Shown piece after piece: positions 56,967 through 64,000 of a stretch of 64,000 bases of DNA. Position 1 is the first letter of the stretch; each line of letters opens with the position of its first letter. The DNA comes from a virus (Duplodnaviria; Caudoviricetes). The DNA is taken from IMG/VR virus record IMGVR_UViG_3300042199_000463, positions 11,218 to 75,217 of that record; one strand, written 5' to 3'. Both the position numbers and the translations under genes were made by a program. The notes below the pieces were generated by a model. It ran no database searches. It saw nothing but the letters and a program-made list of their open reading frames with translations, and was not told the origin of the DNA.

Positions 56967-58927
56967 TATAGTTGTCTCCCTAAATTGTCTTCAGCAGTCG
57001 GAGCTGGCTCGGCTGGCTGTTCGGCTGGCCCTTGTTCCGGCATGACTGGCCCCGTAGGTAAAGATTGCTGCGGAGCCATTTGCGGAAGTTTGCCTGTACG
57101 AACCATCGCCATAAGATTTGGGTCTGTAGTTTGTGCGAGGTTGTTGTGTTCCTCGATATGCTGCAAAATTGCTCCCACCATTTGACCATTTTTTCTAATC
57201 TCAGGATTGTTCAAAAGCATATTGTGGTATTGGATATGAGAAGGATGATCATCTGTAGCAAGTACCAGAACATCCTCACCACGCATAAGAGCTTCGTTCT
57301 CAGAAACTTGCAAATCCGTTTCGGAAAGCTCTTGTCTGTAAAGTTCTTCAGTTGGTGCGCCCTCAATGATTCTGAAATACTGTTGAGGTGATTTGATCAA
57401 CCCTGTTTGCAAAAGTTTTTCTGCAATATCCGAACGTCCTGCGATTGTTCCCATGAGTGGATTTGAGCGGTTGATCTTAACTTTTTTAATTGCCTTTAAA
57501 TCTTTGCCGGTAAACTCGTAACCGTAAGCCATGTTGTTTTTGCCAGTTACAAGAATCGAGCGCGGAACGTCTGCAAATTCCATGTATGTCTTTAGAGCAA
57601 GCGTGATCGCTCCTTCTAGTGCCATGTCCACGGATTTTTGCAGCGATGACATAAACTCAAGTGAGTTTGCCGTGAGTGTCGCGATCGCTGTTCCTGATGT
57701 GACCCCAGGAGGTGGGGCACCGCGTACCGCTGAGTTGATGCCGGAAATCTCTAGCATGTAGCCCTTAAGAACTTCGGCGAACTTAAACGTCTCAGGAGCC
57801 GACTGCGTAAGCTGCATTGGTTCAGGCTTTCCGCCGCCATCGACGTTTTGCGGCGTAAAAAATACGAAGTTCAATCCGCCCACGTCTTGCGAGCTAATAT
57901 CTGCCCCACGTGGGCACAAAATCTGCTGTACTGCAGTCGCCGATTGATTCGTCGCAATTGCCGACAAGCTGTGATCGTACATTTCTTGGCAAGGCAAAAG
58001 ATTCGACAAGATCGGATAGCCGTAACCAGACTTGTGAATCGGCTCAGGACGTATCGGAATGAGTGGAATGCACCCGTAACGGTTTTGTCCGTCGAAATAA
58101 ATTGTGCGGTCATCCGAGTACATGATCATGCGTCCTGCAGGTAACGCAGGGCATGGCTTATGATACGCTTCATAAACGTAAATCATGTCGTCAGATTCAA
58201 GGTCTGTGCTGTGATCTCTCACACCGGACTCACGCACAATAATGCGTGGAATCGCCATGATTTCGTCTTCTAGTTCAGGAAACTGCGCGATCATGTCCCA
58301 TCGGTTTTTGATCGTGCGCACAACGGCCCATGGCACGTTGTCAAAATCGTCGATACGCGAATCAAAATATACATCAAAAACAGTAGGCACAGAAATTTCA
58401 ACGTCGCCGTCATAAACGGCTTGCGGCATCGCCATGTCTTCGACAACTTGCTCACTTGCAGCATACGGCGTGCCCTTGTCTGTTCGCCATCCCACTTTTA
58501 AAAATGAAAGTCCCCAGATGCAAGCTTGCTCTGTAATCAACTCCGACTTTTTATCAAGCTTCTGTTCTTGAATTAGTTCTTCTGTGAGAGCTGACGCAAT
58601 TTTTACGGCTTGCATCACGTCCGAGCCAGATGCTTCGGCGATTGACGTAAAAGCAAGACGCTGCTTTGTTACGAGTGTAACAATCTGACGAATAAGTGAG
58701 CGCGCCTGTGGCACCGCCATCTTAACTAGCTCGCCCTGCTCTCCAACGTAACCTAGCGCGCTTTGCCAGTCGTTTGCTTCCAAGATTGCCGAGTAATACG
58801 CGATTGAATTCCTGATCCAAGACTCTGCAATCGGATTAGACGAATACGTGAGCCATGTTTCTTGCTTTCCACATAGCTTTTTCGCGATTTTGTCAGCTTC
58901 TTCAGAAAACCAATAAGCTCTTTTCAT
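56966..58927 (-). CDS. Portal protein (P22-like), copy B
   Basis: 653 aa; GLSFLKVGW, IPLIPIRP, GVTSGTAIATL, ENEALMRGE...DDHPSHIQYH motifs; Pro/Gln tail. Confidence 0.8.
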   Translation of the reverse strand: MKRAYWFSEEADKIAKKLCGKQETWLTYSSNPIAESWIRNSIAYYSAILEANDWQSALGYVGEQGELVKMAVPQARSLIRQIVTLVTKQRLAFTSIAEASGSDVMQAVKIASALTEELIQEQKLDKKSELITEQACIWGLSFLKVGWRTDKGTPYAASEQVVEDMAMPQAVYDGDVEISVPTVFDVYFDSRIDDFDNVPWAVVRTIKNRWDMIAQFPELEDEIMAIPRIIVRESGVRDHSTDLESDDMIYVYEAYHKPCPALPAGRMIMYSDDRTIYFDGQNRYGCIPLIPIRPEPIHKSGYGYPILSNLLPCQEMYDHSLSAIATNQSATAVQQILCPRGADISSQDVGGLNFVFFTPQNVDGGGKPEPMQLTQSAPETFKFAEVLKGYMLEISGINSAVRGAPPPGVTSGTAIATLTANSLEFMSSLQKSVDMALEGAITLALKTYMEFADVPRSILVTGKNNMAYGYEFTGKDLKAIKKVKINRSNPLMGTIAGRSDIAEKLLQTGLIKSPQQYFRIIEGAPTEELYRQELSETDLQVSENEALMRGEDVLVLATDDHPSHIQYHNMLLNNPEIRKNGQMVGAILQHIEEHNNLAQTTDPNLMAMVRTGKLPQMAPQQSLPTGPVMPEQGPAEQPAEPAPTAEDNLGRQL

Positions 58928-61900
58928 CGACTAACCCGCTCTTGATAAGCGCGAAGCTGATAACCAATTGCTTGGATATTCATCGGCTCGGCACCCATAG
59001 TGTGTGAAAGTATTGCTTGAATATATGTACCACGTGCCGCAAATCTTGGGACGTAAATTCGTATCGCCGGAGCTGGTTGTGTGCCGTAACTGAGATTGAT
59101 TCCGTCTTCTAGTCCCCACGGGAAAAAGCCCCATGGTTCGTTGCCCCATCCCGATGACGACGCGACTTCTGAAAGTCTCCATGTCGTAGCTTCGGACGAT
59201 CCAAACGACTCGTTTGCAAAAGTCATTTCAATGACCGAAATGCTCCGGTCTTTTGTGTGTACTTGAAACTGAGCAAAATGCTTTTCACGGTTTGTAAGTC
59301 CGCCGTGAAATGGAGCCGTTTTGATCTCGGCTGTATATCCCTTGTAGATAGTATTAGCTCCAGTCTGAAGGTTTCCAGCTTGCTCAAACTGAATCGAGTA
59401 CGCACCCGCGCCCAAGGAAGTAACCAACTTGATCCGCGAAATGACGTTTGACTGTACAATTACGTCTCCCGATGCCGGAATGGATAATGACGACGTAATA
59501 TTAGCAGTCGCACCGCTGTTTGTGACGGAATTGACCGTGATTGCAAAACTTTCATCTGTGTAGTCGAGCTTATTCTGGTTTTTTCGCTCTTTTTTCACAG
59601 TATTTGACATGGAAATATAAAAAAGCTTGTCATTTGGGCCGACAATCGCTTGTTTAAATAGCGTATCCCATGTTGTCCACGCCTGAGTGAGAAAATTGTA
59701 GCAATAAACACGCGTCGCAGTCGTTTCTTGTGGCGCGATTGTAGTAAGAAGATAAAGACGCTGCGACTCATACGCTACGGCGGACGATGCCGTCGCGATA
59801 TTTGAGTTGCCGATCACGGCTTGTAGCGGAAGTTCAATGCCCATGCGCGAAATTACTTCAACAGACGTCGCTGTCGCAGTCGAGACGCCTTGATCCGCTA
59901 AGAAAACTACCGTGTTGTTACTCAAAACGGCGGTACTTGGCGCGATCGGCACGACTGTATTGTCCAAAATAGTCGCAACTAAGTTCGACGGTCTGTCGCC
60001 ATCGACACGGAACACGCCATCGTCTTTCAAAACTAAAACTGAATCACGGAGCGCGAAAATACGCTGACCGTGTTTGTTTCTTGCCCCAATAACGATGCGG
60101 CTTGTACGCGGGACAGCTTCTGGCTCGCCCACTTTTGCGACGGCTGCAGTGTTTGGATCAACGGATTGATCTGATTCTGTGTCCGAAAAACTTGTAGTCA
60201 GGACAGGCGAAAACGCGGAACCAGGCGTGGTCGCCGCTGCAGTTACCGCACGAAGTTGAATCGGATTGGTGTTGAATGTCTTGGATTCTAAAAAGAACTT
60301 CCCAGGAAGATCGTCAACGCCGGAAACGTAGCGAGCATAAACAGGCGACGTCGTATCGCGGTTAATCGCCTTAACAAGTCCGATTGCCGTGTCACGAATG
60401 CCGATCGACAAGTTCGTGGCCGAGTCACTTAACTGGAATATCGGATATGTGCCGTTTGTCACGCCTTCAAAATCAAGATCGGTCAGTGTCGTTGGAGCTG
60501 ACGCTGCGACGAATGTAAAAGAGTTTGCTGCATGAGAAGCTAACGTGTAGCTGCCAGCCGGTAAAGTGCCTGTGCCAATGGCAGAATGGACAAAAATAGT
60601 GTCACCAGTAACAAGTCCATGAGCCGTGTAATTAACCGTGATAGTAGTCGATACAAAACTTGCACTCTCAGATGTTACTGTTGCATTTCCCACGCCTGTG
60701 CGCGCTACGTAACGTCGTGTCGTGGCGTCCTGTTTTACTTCGACGTAATCCGCGTTTCCGATTACGCTATTTGTAACATCTGAAGACACAAGTTGCATAT
60801 TGATCAAATGACGTTCTGTGCAATTCAGATAGAACATCATGTCTTTGAAAAGTGCTATGTCTTCGCAAAGTGGCGGTCGTGAGTTTTCTTGCAACTCGCC
60901 TTCGCCGCTGTTTTCGTTTGTGTAAAGCGGAGTAGCACCTAAAAGGAAAATATCGTCAATGTCGTCATCAAATACGACTATCCGATTAGCAAGCTCCGAC
61001 GCCGTGGGCTTTGCTTCCTTGAGTAGTGCGAAATTTGTGTCGGGGACAGCGGTAGCTGCAGCACTTTGGGTAGTTCGGTAGATTTGGTAAAAGAAATCTG
61101 TACTATCTGTGGCGTCTTTGATTTCAGTCGGGATAGTAAACTCAAGACGCGGTTTTCTGTTGTATTCATAACTAAGAGTACCGTTAGTCGGAGCCGTACC
61201 AGTAAAGATAAAACTAAACTGAGAAGATGAAATAAAAGTGATCGTGTAAGTTCCATTGATTTGTGAGGAAGTCGCGTCAGTGACCGTAATTGTGTTTCCA
61301 GTGATAAGCCCATGACCTGCCTCTGTTACTGTGATCGTGTATGGCGAGCCGCCGCCTGAATGCACGTAATCTGCCGCCACTTTTGTGTTCGCCAAAATCG
61401 CAATGTCTGACGGCGCACCAAGCAAAAGATTTTTGTTCGCGTCTTTTTTGCCAAACAAAATGCGGTAAGCGACTTGTACGTCACCTTCAATCGGCCCCAT
61501 GCTCGCTGCTGCAACGTTTGCTTGCTCGATAAAACGCGCGCGCAAATCAAGAGCTGGCGGAATGCCCACTTTTGTGACTTGAGACGACGTTGACGTGATT
61601 TTCATCACGCCGTTATCGGACGTGACGTAAAAGTTGTCTTTAGCAAGCTCAGAACGTGGGACACGGTTGCCAGTTACCGAGAATGTTTCTCCCGATAAAT
61701 CCGTACCAGTTCCGCCGCTATCAATATGCTGAAGTTTGGTTCCATAGGATGCGATGATCTCACTTTCAAAATTGTGTAAATTCTTTAGCGTGCCTGAACT
61801 TGGCGTGTGAAACGTCGGGAACCCTGGTCGCTTTCTGATTATGAAGTCTTCAGAAATGACGATGTTATTCGCCACTTCAAGCGCGCCGTCAGGTACGGTC

Positions 61901-61962
61901 AAAGTGTTCGGCTGTAGGTGAAGTCCTACAAATTTTTTGATTTCAAGATGCGTGTAAGCCAT
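58924..61962 (-). CDS. Tail nozzle/tail tubular protein B, copy B
   Basis: 1012 aa; KFVGL...DGALEVANNIVI....IRKRPGF N-terminus; GWGNEPWG near the C-terminus. Confidence 0.75.
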   Translation of the reverse strand: MAYTHLEIKKFVGLHLQPNTLTVPDGALEVANNIVISEDFIIRKRPGFPTFHTPSSGTLKNLHNFESEIIASYGTKLQHIDSGGTGTDLSGETFSVTGNRVPRSELAKDNFYVTSDNGVMKITSTSSQVTKVGIPPALDLRARFIEQANVAAASMGPIEGDVQVAYRILFGKKDANKNLLLGAPSDIAILANTKVAADYVHSGGGSPYTITVTEAGHGLITGNTITVTDATSSQINGTYTITFISSSQFSFIFTGTAPTNGTLSYEYNRKPRLEFTIPTEIKDATDSTDFFYQIYRTTQSAAATAVPDTNFALLKEAKPTASELANRIVVFDDDIDDIFLLGATPLYTNENSGEGELQENSRPPLCEDIALFKDMMFYLNCTERHLINMQLVSSDVTNSVIGNADYVEVKQDATTRRYVARTGVGNATVTSESASFVSTTITVNYTAHGLVTGDTIFVHSAIGTGTLPAGSYTLASHAANSFTFVAASAPTTLTDLDFEGVTNGTYPIFQLSDSATNLSIGIRDTAIGLVKAINRDTTSPVYARYVSGVDDLPGKFFLESKTFNTNPIQLRAVTAAATTPGSAFSPVLTTSFSDTESDQSVDPNTAAVAKVGEPEAVPRTSRIVIGARNKHGQRIFALRDSVLVLKDDGVFRVDGDRPSNLVATILDNTVVPIAPSTAVLSNNTVVFLADQGVSTATATSVEVISRMGIELPLQAVIGNSNIATASSAVAYESQRLYLLTTIAPQETTATRVYCYNFLTQAWTTWDTLFKQAIVGPNDKLFYISMSNTVKKERKNQNKLDYTDESFAITVNSVTNSGATANITSSLSIPASGDVIVQSNVISRIKLVTSLGAGAYSIQFEQAGNLQTGANTIYKGYTAEIKTAPFHGGLTNREKHFAQFQVHTKDRSISVIEMTFANESFGSSEATTWRLSEVASSSGWGNEPWGFFPWGLEDGINLSYGTQPAPAIRIYVPRFAARGTYIQAILSHTMGAEPMNIQAIGYQLRAYQERVSR

Positions 61963-62873
61963 TAAAAGAATCCACGTGTTCGCCTTGAGCGGTTGCCTCT
62001 TAACAAGCCAAAACGCTGCAAAATCTTCGTGGATTCGCCCTCGATACGAGGAGCGAGAAGGTATTCACAGTTTTTCTTTCTGATCTGTATCTCTTTTTCC
62101 AGTGCGTTCGATCCCTCGTAATCACCTAACGCTTCCAAGCATCTTTTCGATGTTAAAAACGTCAGATACGGAAAGATTTCGTCAGGAAGTTGAATCACAG
62201 GCGATTCACAAGAAATCCCCACGTAATCCCCAATGACCGTACCAGTTGGAACCGTTGCAACAGTAATTTGAGAGCCTGATACGTTTGTAATCGTCTGATC
62301 CATGGCTCGCAAGCGGTTGCCTTGTTTGCCTTGTATAATATCGACTGTCGCCGACGCCACAAACGCCGACGGCACGTTATCAAGCGTGAGCGTGTTGCCA
62401 GATACTGCAGTAACTTTTCCTGCTTTGTTAAGCTGCACGACTGCGTTTGGCTTAAGAAGATAAAATTTCTGCAGTGTCCATTGCGTGTCGATCGGAGTCG
62501 GCACCATTACGATTTGATCGCCCTTGAAATAGAAGCTCAAAGGCAAAGACTGATGTGACGAAAGGTGAGCGTCTTCTAACGCTACTTTTGCGACGTCGCG
62601 AACAGAGTTTGCCGAGTCACGTACTTTCAAATCGCGTAGCGTCCTGCCCACGGCGCGGTAAGGAATGTCGTATTCAGCAGTATTTGCGACCATGGCTTCT
62701 TCTTCCATGGTTACAAAGTAATCCTGATTCAGAGCGCACATCATGGGCACGACTTTTGAGTCAATTTCCTCATTAGCCAAAGCTAATAGGCGATCTTCGG
62801 TCAGCAGCGTCTGATTATTCGGAGCTGTGATCGTAGTTCTAACTGACTCAATTAAGTCTGCAGATGTTTTCAT
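61962..62873 (-). CDS. Head-tail adaptor, copy B
   Basis: 303 aa; LLALANEEI...LNQDYF parallels NEDYF of adaptor A. Confidence 0.7.
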   Translation of the reverse strand: MKTSADLIESVRTTITAPNNQTLLTEDRLLALANEEIDSKVVPMMCALNQDYFVTMEEEAMVANTAEYDIPYRAVGRTLRDLKVRDSANSVRDVAKVALEDAHLSSHQSLPLSFYFKGDQIVMVPTPIDTQWTLQKFYLLKPNAVVQLNKAGKVTAVSGNTLTLDNVPSAFVASATVDIIQGKQGNRLRAMDQTITNVSGSQITVATVPTGTVIGDYVGISCESPVIQLPDEIFPYLTFLTSKRCLEALGDYEGSNALEKEIQIRKKNCEYLLAPRIEGESTKILQRFGLLRGNRSRRTRGFF

Positions 62874-63160
62874 CGCTTACCAAACTTTCCCATTTTAGGA
62901 GCTGCTGCTTTTATGGAAACGGCGAGCATTGAGCTTTTCGGTGCTTTGATCTTTCCGCCTTTTTTCATCTCTGATTTTACCATTTCCGATAGGTCGGAAT
63001 CCATTTCTGGTTCTTTTTCTTCAAGCATTTCTTGCTCAGGCGATTCTTCTTCCTTTTCCTCGCCCATGTCCATGCCGACCATCATGTCTTGCATCATTTT
63101 GATAAGCTCTTGTAAGGCTTCTTTTTTCGCGGCTAGTTTTGAATCTTCCATTTCCATCAT
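62870..63160 (-). CDS. Low-complexity acidic/basic small protein
   Basis: M/E/K-rich, 96 aa. Confidence 0.55.
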   Translation of the reverse strand: MMEMEDSKLAAKKEALQELIKMMQDMMVGMDMGEEKEEESPEQEMLEEKEPEMDSDLSEMVKSEMKKGGKIKAPKSSMLAVSIKAAAPKMGKFGKR

Positions 63161-63161
63161 G

Positions 63162-64000
63162 TTAAAGCTCCATAATTTTAGTTACGAACATGAGATCAAC
63201 ACCTGAATGAGTTTTATTTTGTGGGCAAGGTCGCCACTCGAAAAATTCTTTGAAGTGGTCTGTGTATTCTAACTCGCCTTCTTGCCATAGGTAGCTCGCA
63301 CAGTGATTTGCTGAAGTTGGAAGCGCGTCATTTGGAAAATGGCTTTCATCCATGAGTAGCTTAATCGCTTTGGATTGGTCGCCTGTGAACTTTCCGTACA
63401 TTGCGTGAAACAGTGCGTTGTTTGGTTCTAGTTCTGTGTACGCTTTTAGTACCGCTAGCTCGCCGTCAGTGATGGCTTTGTTGATAAGGTAGTTTTGCAA
63501 GATTGTGACGATATGCAGATGAGCTTCAAAGTTTTGTCTGAGGATGATTAATCCTTCATCTGTAGAGTCAATTACAACACCCATTAGGCTTGGATTCAAA
63601 GCATCAATCATGACTTTGAGTCTGTAAACCATCGTTGGCGCAAACGCTACTCGTGACATAAGTGTGGCAAAATCTACTGCCTCGCCCATGATCCAATCAT
63701 TTGCGTCACCGTAATCATATACTTGCTGAAGAACGTCAGCGCGTCCGTTTGCAAATGCCCAGAGCATGAGTCCGTTGAACATATCTTTTGAGATGCTAGA
63801 TTTTGAACCTTCTGGGTAGCACGAGCGTTTTGGATGCCTGAGCCATTTTCCATCAGCTTGACGTGCAAGTGTTGGGTCAACGGGAAATCCACTGAATGCT
63901 GCAATCGAGTTGAATAGAAGTGCATCACATTCGAAATCAAGCCAGCCAGATTCATCTGTGTGCTGTTTTGCAAGTTCAATGTAGAGGTCGCGCTTTTTTT
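63162..64000 (-). CDS. Lipoprotein paralogue, copy B (5' end outside window)
   Basis: Frame open to the window edge (KKRDLYIELAKQHTDESGW...); 19 differences in the C-terminal 206 aa versus copy A. Confidence 0.85.
   Translation of the reverse strand, partial: KKRDLYIELAKQHTDESGWLDFECDALLFNSIAAFSGFPVDPTLARQADGKWLRHPKRSCYPEGSKSSISKDMFNGLMLWAFANGRADVLQQVYDYGDANDWIMGEAVDFATLMSRVAFAPTMVYRLKVMIDALNPSLMGVVIDSTDEGLIILRQNFEAHLHIVTILQNYLINKAITDGELAVLKAYTELEPNNALFHAMYGKFTGDQSKAIKLLMDESHFPNDALPTSANHCASYLWQEGELEYTDHFKEFFEWRPCPQNKTHSGVDLMFVTKIMEL

Noticed and set aside
94-63979. Many ORF-track entries antisense to or in alternate frames of long genes (e.g. 94-474, 12285-12629, 23803-24423, 63674-63979)
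   Set aside because: Shadow ORFs of well-supported genes, with no RBS or motif support.
63162-64000. Lipoprotein duplicate as a terminal direct repeat or circular overlap
   Set aside because: The copies differ at about 9% of residues with many synonymous changes and have different downstream genes, so this is a paralogue and not the same locus.
1-64000. Integrase, att sites, CI/Cro, tRNA, reverse transcriptase/DGR
   Set aside because: No recognisable motifs were found by eye. A tandem-prophage explanation therefore has no direct support inside the window, although integrases could lie outside it.

Overview
The whole 64 kb is tailed-phage DNA (Caudoviricetes, podovirus-like, standard genetic code). 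I recognise no host genes, integrase, tRNA or CRISPR array. Almost every module occurs twice, as if two different phage genomes (A, about 1-34/38 kb; B, about 34/38 kb to beyond 64 kb) were joined in the same orientation. The duplicates are: two P22-like portals (14508-16598, 56966-58927), two head-tail adaptors, two nozzle/tail-tubular-B proteins, two sets of ejection proteins, two TerS candidates, two primase/SF3-helicase systems (AEP-type and Toprim-type) each followed by an origin built from the same GTGAC iteron, two SF2 helicases, two VRR-NUC nucleases, two unrelated endolysins, two collinear accessory-gene arrays each ending in an antisense Lys-rich micropeptide, and two about 91%-identical copies of a lipoprotein. 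Only one TerL, one scaffold and one major capsid gene are visible. The possible explanations are a natural cointegrate/hybrid, a two-portal phage, a capsid-less portal/tail-forming satellite, or a chimeric assembly; the window alone cannot separate them. Product calls come from motifs recognised by eye, with no database searches. Several small genes missing from the supplied ORF track were translated by hand.
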